This document shows, one piece after another, positions 1-11,300 of a stretch of DNA of 64,000 nucleotides. The notes beneath the pieces are model-generated. The model was not told the origin of the DNA, did not search any database, and saw only the letters and a list, made by a program, of their open reading frames with translations. How positions within the stretch are numbered: position 1 is the stretch's first letter; each line of letters starts with the position of its first letter. Made by a program: the position numbers and the translations under genes. This DNA comes from Tetramitus jugosus (taxonomy: Eukaryota > Protista > Heterolobosea): NCBI GenBank assembly GCA_937625935.1, contig OW569350.1, forward strand, positions 558,001 through 622,000. Direction: 5' to 3'.

Positions 1-14
1 AGAATGGATCGTTG

Positions 15-1340
15 ATGATGGAAGACGAAGATGAAGATGAATCCTTTTTGCCAAGTCGTGCTGCTTTTACTCGTGCAGAAAAGTCAAACATGATTAAGCT
101 TTCAATCATGATTGCTATGGTGATTGTTTTGTTCCTTGCTGAGATTATTGTGGGTTATATTGGAAAGTCATTGGCTCTCATTTCTGATTCGTTCCATATG
201 CTGAGCGATGGCGTGTCTTTGGTTGTCGGTTTAGCAGCAATTATCGTACGTGTTTCTGTTTCGCGCCCAATTATTTTGGCGCTCATTTATTTTTTGTGTA
301 TCTGTGTACAGTTTTTTGGGTTGGTTGTTGGCCGCAGCAGCTTTGCTAACAAGCATTTTACTTTTTTCATACAACAACAGATTTCAAAGAAGAAGGCAAC
401 ATCCTCGTTGTCCTATGGCTATGGTCGTGCTGAGCTCTTGGGAGGTCTCATCAATGGTGTCTTTCTGATCAGTGTCGTCTTCTTTATTTACCTCGAAGCC
501 ATTCAAAGGTTCTTTGAGCCTCAGAAAATTGAAAATCCACTCTTGGTGTTGATTGTTGGTGCATTGGGTATGGCAGTCAACATCATTGGTATGATCATGT
601 TCTGTGGTCACGCTCACCATCATCATGGTCATGATCACGACCACGGACACGGTCATGGTCACTCCCACGACCATCACGAGCACAATCACGATCACCACGA
701 CCATGATCATGACCACGATCACGAACAAGGTCACAATCACAGTCACAATCATAGCCATGTTAACTTTAACATGCTCGGCGTGTTTTTGCACGTGTTTGGT
801 GATTTCTTGGGATCGATTGGTGTGGTTGTCACTGCCGGATTATTGCTCATCTTCAATGTGGACAAGCACAAATGGTTGCTCTACGTGGATCCAGCCATCA
901 GTGCCATTTTGGCCACCATTATCCTGTTTAGTTCTATTCCGTTGGTAACAAACTGTGCAAAGATTCTGTTGCAAAGAGTACCAAAGAACATTGCTATCCG
1001 TAATCTGAAGACTGAGATTCGTGCTGTTGAGGGAGTACACGATGTCCACGATTTACACATTTGGCAATTTGTCAGCTCAAAGGTCATCTCTTCCATGCAC
1101 GTCAAGGTGTATACAACCAGAGATTTCTATGCCATTGCATCCGATATTCAAGCCATTATGCACAGATATGGTGTGCATTCCACCACAATTCAACCAGAGG
1201 CGATAGTTGAAGGAAAGAGATCCTCATGCGAATTGATTTGCACCGAGAGTTGCTATGAGAATATGTGTTGTCCACCACAGCAAAAGACTGGACCTACCAC
1301 AAGAGCTCAACTTACACTCACTGCCCACCACGAACATTAA
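15..1340 (+). CDS. Cation diffusion facilitator (CDF) zinc transporter, ZnT1/Zrc1/Cot1-like; probable intron 246-380; frame is open to the window edge, so the start may lie upstream
   Basis: TM2 motif SDSFHMLSD, SYGYGRAE motif, long His-rich loop, TM5 LHVFGD, C-terminal VHDLHIW and HSTTIQPE. GTACGT...CAACAG at 246-380 (135 nt) interrupts the conserved AAII|ISKK junction. Confidence 0.93.
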   Translation: MMEDEDEDESFLPSRAAFTRAEKSNMIKLSIMIAMVIVLFLAEIIVGYIGKSLALISDSFHMLSDGVSLVVGLAAIIVRVSVSRPIILALIYFLCICVQFFGLVVGRSSFANKHFTFFIQQQISKKKATSSLSYGYGRAELLGGLINGVFLISVVFFIYLEAIQRFFEPQKIENPLLVLIVGALGMAVNIIGMIMFCGHAHHHHGHDHDHGHGHGHSHDHHEHNHDHHDHDHDHDHEQGHNHSHNHSHVNFNMLGVFLHVFGDFLGSIGVVVTAGLLLIFNVDKHKWLLYVDPAISAILATIILFSSIPLVTNCAKILLQRVPKNIAIRNLKTEIRAVEGVHDVHDLHIWQFVSSKVISSMHVKVYTTRDFYAIASDIQAIMHRYGVHSTTIQPEAIVEGKRSSCELICTESCYENMCCPPQQKTGPTTRAQLTLTAHHEH

Positions 1341-1392
1341 CTCTTGACACCCGAATAAAGTTGTACAAAGATCCTTTCTATTTATTGTATGA

Positions 1393-3816
1393 CTATCCTC
1401 TGTTCACTGATGGACGAGCAAAATTGTAGAAGATCGGTATCAAAATAAGGAATACAACGAAAACGACAACCAGAACCATGATCAACCAGTATGGAATACC
1501 GGTTTCAACCTTTTGTCTCTCCATGGCTGACAAGAAGGACAAAATACCTTGGAAGTCCTCATTGGTTGCAACAATTGTTTTCAGGGTATCAATATTGGTT
1601 GGGTCTCCATTTTCCTTGGCATTATGGAACAGACTGTTCAGAGCAGCAAGTGTTGAAGGTAATAAATATCTGTGATGCAAGAAGCCATCTGTTTCGTCTT
1701 CAGTCTTTTGTCCCTTTTTCTTTGCTTTGTTACGGTTTGTTAAATGAGTGACCATAGTTTCAATCACGTTTGCTTCCAATAACTTGCTAAAGATTGGACC
1801 TGCATTCTTATAAGGCTTGATTAATAATGAGAAATACTTCAATAGGACCATCGCACTGTACCGGAGCTCCCATGCATTTGTGTCTCCCTTCTGACCATTG
1901 ATATCAGCAACCAATGTATCGACGAGTGAGTAGTCCTTCTTCTGATCATCATGCTCTTCCATTGCAATCACTCTCTGAGCCAAGTCCTTGCATTTAATGA
2001 GAGAGGACAATGCTGCATAAGCATTCATGACTAATGGCCTTCTCTGATTCGTAGTATTGGAGTTAATGTTGACAAAAATTGGTTTCTTGTACTTGATGAG
2101 AGATACAAGTCTAGCGAGCAGGTCTTCCTCTGCTGAAGGTTGCAAGCAATACTTTTTCACTACTTGATTGGTGATCTTGCTGGACTTTCCGCAAACCTTT
2201 GCAATAATATAACAGCAGAGTGATACAATATATACATCGTTACAAATGTTATGTTCCTCCTTCGAGTCTGCCTCAGGGTCAGTAAATGCGTACAGTACAG
2301 CAATCGCTGCGTCACAAACATATTGCAAAAATGATTGAGGAATAGTGTGCTCATGATTCATCATCACGCTCAACGTATACAGAGAGTTCTCCACAATCTC
2401 ACGATAATCAATTCTAAATTTGTTGTCAACCACAGCTCCACCCAGTTCGGAAGCCTTTTGAATCATATCACTGTCCAACAAGTCACTAAACAAGTCAATC
2501 ACATTGATATCGGACAACAAATCCACAAATTGTTCAAATCTGTCTTGAGATGTTGTCGAATTCAACGCATCGGTCAACAATTGCAAGCACATAAATACAA
2601 TATAACTCCAAGCAACTGTCTCACGGCGATTTGGTGTCTGATTCAACACAAAGTCAATCGCAGAACGCAACGACTCCTTGTTCAACAATTGTTGTTTCAT
2701 TTTCAAGAGCGCAGACACATTTTCTTCGTCAAATGAATTCGGATCAGTGTTCGTTGATTCTTCACTCTCCTTCTTGTCCTCACCGAACATTGCCTTCTCT
2801 GGATCGAAATCCTCCTCGTCCATCTCATCCAACTCCTCTTCCTCTTCAATCTGCTGCTGTAGCTTCTTTTTTCTGTTTTCCTTGTTGACATTCTTGTTGC
2901 TTGCTTGAGTGGCACCACCAGTCTCTGCCTCCTGTTTCTCTCTCTCTTGTCTCTGTGTGTTCTGAATATAATTGACCTGAGCGGCTCTTGCTACTACAGC
3001 TCTATACACACTCATCAACAGAGTGTACCACTGAATACACATGAATTTGATGACTGACATGGGTGGTCCATTCTTCAGCACTGGTGAGATCCATACATGA
3101 ACAATTCCACACTCCATAATTTTGTTGTACTTTTGATGAACAGTCAATTGGAACAGCAGAGAGTGAATTCTGAGAGCAGAGACGGATCCTCCGTGAGTGG
3201 GAGTCAGAGCAGCTGCTTCCTTCTTTAGGAATGTGACACACTTTTGAATCGAATCATCGGAAAATGACTTGATGGTCTGCTGTAGCTCCTGTTCTCTTTC
3301 TTTTGTGAGTTTTTTCCTCTTTTTTTCTTCGACTTTAGCGGCGGCCGATGATGTGGATCGTGTCAGTGAGGAACTATCGTCGCTACTGCTGCTGTTGATA
3401 TTTTGACTCTTTGGCTGAACTTTTTCAAAAATTTTTTGATACAGTGAATCCATGTGTTCATTCACAGCGTCATCAGTGTCCAATTGTGAGCGAGTTTCGA
3501 GTCGATGTTTAATATTGAGTTCATTACATATTTGAGCCATCAACTCTTCGAACGCTTGCTTTTGATCATTTGACGAGTGTTGTTTCAAATGAGAATTGGC
3601 AATCATTTGTGAAATTTCATCGTCATGTTCCACTGATGAAGCCGCATTGGATGATTGTTGCTTCATGATTGATAGAGAGGGAAGAACGACGCGTAGCAGA
3701 GACTCTCTCACGTACAATTGAAGTTGTTGCATGGTGGATAGCTGTTGGAAAATGGCATCCACAGAGAGTGGTGCTTGTGTGGATGGTGTTGTTGATGATT
3801 TGATGGGCTTGACCAT
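1393..3816 (-). CDS. Large helical (ARM/HEAT-like) protein with a C-terminal transmembrane anchor; function unknown
   Basis: About 807-aa open frame from the first ATG at 3816; acidic linker; hydrophobic C-terminal segment IPYWLIMVLVVVFVVFLILIPIFY; AATAAA signal near the convergent 3' ends. Confidence 0.75.
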   Translation of the reverse strand: MVKPIKSSTTPSTQAPLSVDAIFQQLSTMQQLQLYVRESLLRVVLPSLSIMKQQSSNAASSVEHDDEISQMIANSHLKQHSSNDQKQAFEELMAQICNELNIKHRLETRSQLDTDDAVNEHMDSLYQKIFEKVQPKSQNINSSSSDDSSSLTRSTSSAAAKVEEKKRKKLTKEREQELQQTIKSFSDDSIQKCVTFLKKEAAALTPTHGGSVSALRIHSLLFQLTVHQKYNKIMECGIVHVWISPVLKNGPPMSVIKFMCIQWYTLLMSVYRAVVARAAQVNYIQNTQRQEREKQEAETGGATQASNKNVNKENRKKKLQQQIEEEEELDEMDEEDFDPEKAMFGEDKKESEESTNTDPNSFDEENVSALLKMKQQLLNKESLRSAIDFVLNQTPNRRETVAWSYIVFMCLQLLTDALNSTTSQDRFEQFVDLLSDINVIDLFSDLLDSDMIQKASELGGAVVDNKFRIDYREIVENSLYTLSVMMNHEHTIPQSFLQYVCDAAIAVLYAFTDPEADSKEEHNICNDVYIVSLCCYIIAKVCGKSSKITNQVVKKYCLQPSAEEDLLARLVSLIKYKKPIFVNINSNTTNQRRPLVMNAYAALSSLIKCKDLAQRVIAMEEHDDQKKDYSLVDTLVADINGQKGDTNAWELRYSAMVLLKYFSLLIKPYKNAGPIFSKLLEANVIETMVTHLTNRNKAKKKGQKTEDETDGFLHHRYLLPSTLAALNSLFHNAKENGDPTNIDTLKTIVATNEDFQGILSFLSAMERQKVETGIPYWLIMVLVVVFVVFLILIPIFYNFARPSVNRG

Positions 3817-4424
3817 GGTAATCTCCAATTTTTTTTTTGATTGCTATGTTGTTTTGTTGTTGATGGAAACAGAATCAGAACCATTTTTTCTGTGGGCGGA
3901 GATTCCAACACGAGCAAATTATTGTTGTAAGAATATCGGACTAATGTCGTTGTAATAGCGGGGATAGTCTTAGTGGAAGTGTCATGGTCGGAAATTGGGC
4001 TGCATGGATTGACTGAGCAGCAGTAGGTCCTTTATTCGCGAGAATGCTTGTTCTTCTTTGGTCTTCCTTTTGTTGGAATCCCCACAAAGAAATGAAAAAA
4101 AAGTATCTTATTCGCTCAACAATTTATTTTTGAAGGTTCAAAAACCACATTGCATTTTTTTTTTTTTTTTACTATGATGAGGATCAGAATGGTGAGGTGG
4201 AATATCAGCCACAGTGGTGAGTACTCTCTCATGACCAATATGATTGTATGACGCAAATGTACCGACTGTGCTGTGCTGGAACTAGTGAGTGACCGTAGGA
4301 GCGGGCTCTGGCACGGCTTAAATATCGACCCTTGCACTTACTCGTAGATCCAGCACAGCCGATTCACAAATGCACATTCAATCATCCAGTGTCATCTGTA
4401 CAGTGCACCACAAAAACCTCAAGG

Positions 4425-5426
4425 TCAGCAGTAATGACCCAAACCTTTTTTCCACATAAACATCCCACATGCCACAAACACACAACCAGTCAGTAGGGCA
4501 TGATTGTGTCTAAACTCTGTGCTCAGTGACCTGCATGTTTTAATAAAGCAATTCACATGTTCAACTACTATCTGCTCAGACCTTGTCACCCTCAAAAATT
4601 CACGACAACCGTCGCCGTGAATCATGTTGCTTTTCAACCCTGCAACGACATAGTCCACATTCTGGAATCCGGGATCACCCAAAGCAAAGTTTTGTCCTTC
4701 TTCATTGCAAATACGTTGGAACAAGCCACATCGCCTCGCACATGCCGAATCCGACAATCTTCCTGGATAATTAGTGCTAAAAGCAATGATGTTGCCATCG
4801 AAATCCACAAGCAACAACGTTTGAATCCAGTGACCATTCTTATCGTTGCGATACCATCTGTGTTGTGCAGCAGACGGTTTCTGAATCATATGTGCAGTCC
4901 CATCAATAACAAATATGATGCGCTGACTGACAGACGAAGATAAGTCACTTAGCTTTTTGTTAGGAATATATTGTATAAAGTGTTCAACCATATAAGGGAT
5001 CGTTGCGTTGATACATTTGGAAACAACATATTCCGAGACGCCAAACTCGGATGATAGAATAGAATATCTCGGGTACTGGATGATCCAGTACATTGTCAAT
5101 AGGATCTGGTTTTCAAAAGTGAGGCATTTGGATTCATCACTCATAATGAGTTCAAATCTTCGCATTGCTCCAACAATCTCGTCAAACTCATTCTGAGTAA
5201 TGTGGAGTAGCTGCTTGAACTGGCGATCGGAGCCAGAAGACCATCTATTGTAAACATCGTTTCCCTTGTACGACTGCCTCCTCTTGTTCTTGACCACACC
5301 GCGTCCAAGGCCATGATTTGTTTGGGATCTTCTCATGGCTGATCGCCCATAATCAATCGACTCTTCACTCAAGCATGAAAGGAGAAGTAAGATTGTTGCC
5401 GCCTTCACCTTTTTGTTGCTGTTCAT
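4425..5426 (-). CDS. DDE_Tnp_4 (HARBI1/PIF-Harbinger/IS5-like) transposase
   Basis: HTH region FKQLLHITQNEFDEI...YSILSSEFGVSEYVVSK; catalytic motifs IDGT, PGRLSD, LGDPGF, IVVEHVNCFIK; first ATG at 5426. Confidence 0.88.
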   Translation of the reverse strand: MNSNKKVKAATILLLLSCLSEESIDYGRSAMRRSQTNHGLGRGVVKNKRRQSYKGNDVYNRWSSGSDRQFKQLLHITQNEFDEIVGAMRRFELIMSDESKCLTFENQILLTMYWIIQYPRYSILSSEFGVSEYVVSKCINATIPYMVEHFIQYIPNKKLSDLSSSVSQRIIFVIDGTAHMIQKPSAAQHRWYRNDKNGHWIQTLLLVDFDGNIIAFSTNYPGRLSDSACARRCGLFQRICNEEGQNFALGDPGFQNVDYVVAGLKSNMIHGDGCREFLRVTRSEQIVVEHVNCFIKTCRSLSTEFRHNHALLTGCVFVACGMFMWKKGLGHYC

Positions 5427-5495
5427 TGTTTTGTTGAAGACGAGGTTGACTTCAACAAAAGCTTTGAAAACCAAACCAAGAAAAAACATCTCGAC

Positions 5496-6497
5496 ATGTT
5501 CACAACCGATATCAGCGCTGCCCTACTTAGTGTACGATCGACAACATCATCACAACAATCATTACCTGGTATCTCACCATCACCACCATCAGCACCATCA
5601 AACGGTGCCAGTCAATTAGACCAGTCATCATCAAATCAGTCACAGGATTCTCGAGTATCTGATGCTCTTGGATTCCCTTCAGATGATGAGGATTTACTTG
5701 ATAAGGCTATTTCTCCCGTTACACTCAGAAGTTCTAAATCTCCTCGTCAACCGGTCGTTCGGATCAATAAAAAATGGTCGCGCATTCTTTGTTCCGCATA
5801 TGTCATGTGCGATCTGAAAATGGATTCGCTGTTCCGAGAAAATCGCGTTCGAACCGTCATGGCCCAAATAAAGAAGGCTATGGAGGAGAAGACAAAACAG
5901 CCTGTCAACGAAGAGACCGTGAAATTGAAGATTCAAAATCACATCTATTCAAAGAACACAGCCAGAAATGAGAAACAGGGGAACAGGTTGGGAACGAAGA
6001 AACGAAGCGCTGTCATTGCCGGATTGAATGAAGATACCTCCGAGGACGAGGTTGATATTGTGCCCGATGTGGTTCGACCCCTGAGTGATCTTGAGCAACT
6101 GCTCGAAGATGGAGAGGATGATCATGCGTCGTCATCCGTTGACAGTGAAACAATCCGAACAGCAGATAATTTCTTGGAGTTCTCTCGACAGGAGAAATCG
6201 AACACCCAAATTAGGAATGAAGCGATCTCCGAGAAACGAGGCGAGAAAATTTCTCTGTCAAACAAGATCAGGCGCCAAGAGGAATCTCGCGACAGAATGG
6301 AAGAGATGAAGACCATGGTCATGGCTTCATGTATGAGAATTCTTGAAGGTGGTCAAGCGACCACCACAGAAGATGAATTTTCGTCCAGGCTTTCAAGGAT
6401 TGAGCAAGCCCACAAGGACACTCAAAGAGATGTTGTTGCTATCAGGCAGTTGATGGACCGCTTGTTGCAACACTTGGATGGCGAAGAACAACAATAA
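5496..6497 (+). CDS. Second transposon protein, probably a Myb/SANT/trihelix-like DNA-binding partner with a C-terminal coiled coil
   Basis: Intact 333-aa ORF inside the TIRs; helical segment KKWSRILC...VNEETVKLKIQNH followed by an acidic tract and heptad repeats. Two-ORF layout is typical of Harbinger elements. Confidence 0.6.
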   Translation: MFTTDISAALLSVRSTTSSQQSLPGISPSPPSAPSNGASQLDQSSSNQSQDSRVSDALGFPSDDEDLLDKAISPVTLRSSKSPRQPVVRINKKWSRILCSAYVMCDLKMDSLFRENRVRTVMAQIKKAMEEKTKQPVNEETVKLKIQNHIYSKNTARNEKQGNRLGTKKRSAVIAGLNEDTSEDEVDIVPDVVRPLSDLEQLLEDGEDDHASSSVDSETIRTADNFLEFSRQEKSNTQIRNEAISEKRGEKISLSNKIRRQEESRDRMEEMKTMVMASCMRILEGGQATTTEDEFSSRLSRIEQAHKDTQRDVVAIRQLMDRLLQHLDGEEQQ

Positions 6498-6751
6498 ATT
6501 GAATGGAACCTTCCACTTTATTTTACAACGAATAAGATCTGCAGAACCATCCCCAACAGCTTGGAAGATTTTGGGTGCCCAAAATCTTGTCAAACAAAAT
6601 TCAGAATAAAAGCCCTAGTGCCAAGGTTTTTGTGTGGAAAAAAATTTTCCTATCTGGTTGGACAGCCTGTCCTGAACCACAACAACTGCAAAACAATCAA
6701 TTTGTTTTGATTTTCACTGAATAGCTCAAAAGATTATTTTCATCCCAGCGA

Positions 6752-8203
6752 ATGAGAGGAACAGAAGAATTGGTTTCAACACCTGCCATGGATTACGGCA
6801 CGGATATTCCTTCAAATTTTGGTATCAATTATCAGGATACAGATGAAGAGAGTGAATTATTGTTGAGAGCAGGAGATGCTGAGAGCTCGCCGTCGACACC
6901 GCCTCAACCAAGTACGTTGGTTCGTTTTGTGAATTATGTGAGGAATTCTGAATTCGTGACTAGTGACGACTGGTGGTCAGTTTACATAGGATTTGTCATG
7001 TTTACAATCACGGTGCCTCTCGTGCTAAAGTTATCCATGTCTATGCCAGTGTTTAGCAAGTGGAAATCGCGTGTTAGAGATACGCTAGTTGGTAACGATT
7101 CTGTGGTTTTGAAACTGTTAGCATTTCATTACATTACACTATTGATGCTGGCTATCGCATTTAAAGCGATGAAGAAGAGTGTCAATGCATCATTAATTGC
7201 AGGCTTTTCCTTAGTGTTCTGGATATCGGTCATTTCGAAGATCATAGGAGCTAATGTGATATTAAAGAGCGGTGGCTTAGGAGATTCCGTGTGGGCCATT
7301 ATTATCGGAGCTCTAATTACGAATACTGTATTCTTTTCGCGGAATCAACTTCCTGACTGGCTCAAGAATGTTGTTGTAACTGAATTCTATATCAAGATTT
7401 CTGTTGTGCTGTTGGCTGTGGATTTGAGTTTGTTTGGTCAGATTGGCCTCCAAGGATTTATTACTACTTGGGTAGATACACCAATTGTGTTGGGTGTGAT
7501 GTTTCTTGTGGGTGTTTTCATCTTTCGGTTGAGTAAGGACGATTCCATTATCTTAGTTGGAGGTGCAACGATTTGTGGATCATCCGCCGCTACTGCTATC
7601 ACGAGTTCCATCGGAGGAGATAAACAGGTTGCAAGTCTGGTGATAGCAATTATGTCCTTTTTCACTGTCCCTCTAATTCCAACGATGCCACTCTTTGCTA
7701 CAGCCTTGAAAATTAATCCCAGAGTGTCTGGAGCTTGGATAGGAGGAAGTGTAGACAGCACGGGTGCAGTGATTGCAACAGCCTCTTCACTTGGTCCTAC
7801 AGCACTTGAAACAGCAGCAATTGTCAAAATGATGCAAAATATTATTATTGGACCGGTGTGCCTACTTTTGACCGTCATATGGACCAAGAAATTCAACCCA
7901 AAGGTACTGTACGATCGATTTCCAAAGTTTGTACTCGGTTTCATGATTCTATCAGGCATTATCTCTGTCGCTATCCCTCGTGCCACGAGATCTATTGCTC
8001 AAAAGAACGTGTTTATTATCTCTGAATGGTTCTCTTCGTTCGGTTTTGTCTGCATTGGTCTAGAGCTCAACATGCGTAAGCTTTTTGAAGACTTGAAGAA
8101 GAATGGCATACGATTCATAGCACTCTACATCATTTGTCAATTGATGGACCTGTGCACCACTTTTGGATTTGCTTATGTTTCTTTTACTTTCTTGAAACTA
8201 TGA
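6752..8203 (+). CDS. YeiH/UPF0324 putative sulfate exporter (PSE) family multi-pass membrane protein
   Basis: About 12 TM segments; motifs GGATICGSSAATA, GAWIGGSVDSTGAV, AAIVKMMQN, RFPKFVLGF. Confidence 0.8.
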   Translation: MRGTEELVSTPAMDYGTDIPSNFGINYQDTDEESELLLRAGDAESSPSTPPQPSTLVRFVNYVRNSEFVTSDDWWSVYIGFVMFTITVPLVLKLSMSMPVFSKWKSRVRDTLVGNDSVVLKLLAFHYITLLMLAIAFKAMKKSVNASLIAGFSLVFWISVISKIIGANVILKSGGLGDSVWAIIIGALITNTVFFSRNQLPDWLKNVVVTEFYIKISVVLLAVDLSLFGQIGLQGFITTWVDTPIVLGVMFLVGVFIFRLSKDDSIILVGGATICGSSAATAITSSIGGDKQVASLVIAIMSFFTVPLIPTMPLFATALKINPRVSGAWIGGSVDSTGAVIATASSLGPTALETAAIVKMMQNIIIGPVCLLLTVIWTKKFNPKVLYDRFPKFVLGFMILSGIISVAIPRATRSIAQKNVFIISEWFSSFGFVCIGLELNMRKLFEDLKKNGIRFIALYIICQLMDLCTTFGFAYVSFTFLKL

Positions 8204-8354
8204 GATAGCACGTACATTCCAATAAAGCTGAAAGCAGCGAGGTTACCCAAACTCTTGAGTTCGGAAAAAACTTGTGGCACATAGAGAATTCAGCTTGGAA
8301 GCAATTGTTCGCATTTTTAGTGAACTTGTCCACACAATATTCACACAAACAAAC

Positions 8355-11300
8355 ATGTTGAGTAAGGCTGCTGCTTTCGGAAGTAAGACCAAAGAAGAGT
8401 TCAGACAGAACCATGATTTTCCTGAAGTGGTAGGCATGCTTGATGATAGTGATGATGAGATTGAAGAGATTGAAGAGATGGATGCACTAATGACTGGTGA
8501 TGATAGTACTGATGAAGAAGTAGATGATGAAATTTGTGTTGCAGAAATGGATGATGATGAGGAAGAAAGTGATGATGACACTGGTTCACAGACCGCGGAG
8601 AATGATGCACGGCTCAATATTATTTGGAAGAGAGATCCAGAGAGAGAAGGAGACAATGCTTTGGGTGTTTTTGTAATTGCTGGTCAAACCATTCCCAGGG
8701 ATATCTTTCATTCCATCATGTCATTTGTGCCAGCATATCCATTCTATTTCAATTTGAGATCAGTGTGCTCTCAATGGCTCTATGAATTTCAAGATGAAAT
8801 CTTTCCAAAGGTCACATACTTGAGTCTGGTGGACGATGGAAGGCCAAAATATTATTTCAAGGATAGTGGTCAGTTGGTTCAGTTCAAGCCACTAGGGGCA
8901 GCTGGAAAAGGATATCGATTGAGAGAACTTGGTGATGAGACCAAGTACTATGACAGGGCTCATATTTTTACGTTCTTGGCAACTGTGTTTCCCAATGTGA
9001 GGCATCTACGATTGGGAGTGGGTTCATGTATGAGACTCGGTGACTTCCATGATTGTGTGAGGACTTTGGTATCAAAGTTAACTCAACTGGAAACAGTTGA
9101 TGTTTTGGGCACTCGTTATTCGTACTTTAAGAGAAGTGATCAAGTTTCGTTAAGCGAAATTTCATTGTGCATCATTGCTCAGTCGTTGCCTATTTCGACC
9201 AAGACTCTCAATTTTATTGGCGTAACTCTTCAAGGTCCATTGAGTATGCTGAAGATCTTTTCAGAAAAGGGACGATCGCAAACAAATATGTCTGCGCTCA
9301 ATCGGTTGACACGAAACAACCCACGGCCGATTACTGTGGATGTTCAGCACTTAAGTTTGCCTTACATCATTTTGTGTGCCCAACCATCTATTGATTGGAC
9401 ACGCATCAAAGAAATGTACTTCCACTTTGAGGTATTAGTCGTGAAGTCAAGTAGGAATTCCTCCACTCCCATACAGGCTCCTGTTGCATCACATGTCGAT
9501 TACTTGAATTACATGTCGAAGAAGCAGGGAATTTTCTTATCACACATAGGAAAGCCTATGAAAGTAGATACTGATGAAACAATGGAAGCAACTATCGATA
9601 TTGCTGTTTCAGAGTATCCTCATTTCCAACCACTTCTCTCTCTACCTGAAACGAAAAAGGTTGCTCTACTCGCTACTCATACTAAATTGGACACAACTTT
9701 TGTTTGCAACAATGTGTCTACAGCAGCCAAAGCCTTGGAAGTGCTTACTGATCCCGAACGAATGAAATATCCAGAATTGGTATTGGATATCAATAGGACG
9801 TTTGAACAAGTCCGCTACCCCTTACCATGCACTCTCCTCACTATTTTGATCCAGAACTGTTCCAATGAAGCAGTAATTAGCTTGATTAAGACTATAGTAG
9901 AGAGGCACAAACCTTCTATGGCTGTTCATGGCGTTCAAAATTATCTTCTAGAGCTAATCATGAATCAACCATTTTCTCCTCTCAGAAGCAACATGATGAG
10001 ATATTTACTGTCTATTAGTCCAGAACTAATAGCTCTCGGAAACTCAGAAGGAGTTATTAACAATGACCAAAAAGATCTCCCTCTCATACAGCGGTTCCTC
10101 TCTCGACATTTGACTGCAGAGTGCTTGAAAGATCTCAAGTACTTGGTTGAAGCAGGAGCATCAATCACCCAAGTAGACCAAGATGGAAACAATATTCTTC
10201 ACTCTGCCTGTAAGATGGTGAACATGGATATAGTGAAGTACATTCTTTCGATATGTCCTGAGAGTTTTATGTTCGAAAGAAACAGGAAGGGCCAAACCCC
10301 CATCGAGTTAATTTACCCACCTAACTGGTGCCTCAATAATTCTGACATTAATGTCCAAGTTCAGTTCCTTCAAGAAGCTGCCAAGTTACCTTGCTTCAGT
10401 AAGCAAACGCTGCCAAGTTACCAAACATCACATGGCAATTTACTCCATGTTGCCTCTGAGAGTTCAGACATAGAAACAATCCAGTGGTTGCTGGAGAATG
10501 GTTTTGACGCCAACGCACTGAATGAGAAGGGAGAAAACGCCCTCTTCTATTCCAAAGTGAGTGGTCGAAGGAAGAAGCCTACAGGCAAGCAAAGTGCATT
10601 TGTGGATGACTGTGCCGCTGAATTAATCAAAGCAGGTGCGAAGGTTGATCTTGAAAACAACGAGGGAGGAACTCTTGTTATATCAGCTCTCCGTAACAAG
10701 AATTATGCGGTGATTAATATGATTATCCAGAAGCCATCGATATCCTCCAAACCATTGGCAGAGCTCTTGGGCCCAAGAGCGCCACAAGGGCTCAATGCAT
10801 TGCACTTTATTGTACAGAAGATGATCGAAACAACCGTTGCAAGGTCATTCACAGACATGGACAAAAAGATTGGTGTTTATCCTGTTGCACGACATTGTGC
10901 GCTTCTTTGCCTTGAGCACTATCCAGAAATGTTGTATGAGCGTTCTGAAGCAACAGAGGAGGATTTGAAAGATATTTCTGGTGTTAGTCCTCTTCAAATA
11001 TTGTTGAAGGCATCCAAAGGCTTACTCTTGTTGAAAGATTTATCGATCAAGCTGAGTGATATTGCCAACAAGCCCGTTTTTTCAGATTCAAGCAAGAACA
11101 AGGGTGATGTAGCTCCTATTCCCGTACTGTACCTCGCATTGGAGGTCGCATTGGACATCCCCATGTTCGACAAGTTGATGGACTGCACGAACAACGTACT
11201 AGTCAGAGATGAAACACAGGAAACAAAGCCCAATCTTTTACACATTGCTGCAGAAAGAGATGCTTCTCTAATTAAGTGTATTCTAAAGCACTGGAAGAAA

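Larger units (their letters stand above)
4025..6616. mobile_element. PIF/Harbinger-like DNA transposon, apparently full length, with two divergent ORFs
   Basis: Imperfect 13-bp TIRs AGGTCCTTTATTC (4025-4037) and GAATAAAAGCCCT (6604-6616), 11/13 match. Flanked by a 3-bp direct repeat AGT (4022-4024, 6617-6619). Encloses a DDE transposase and a second ORF. Confidence 0.8.

Noticed and set aside
3940-4024. GC-richer stretch left of the transposon as an interrupted ncRNA (SRP or RNase P-like)
   Set aside because: Only loose motif resemblance; I could not build a consistent secondary structure.
8243-8656. Antisense ORFs over acidic or low-complexity coding tracts (also 384-791, 37298-38451, 58998-59384, 63194-63919)
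   Set aside because: Shadow frames of real genes caused by codon bias and repeats; no independent motifs.
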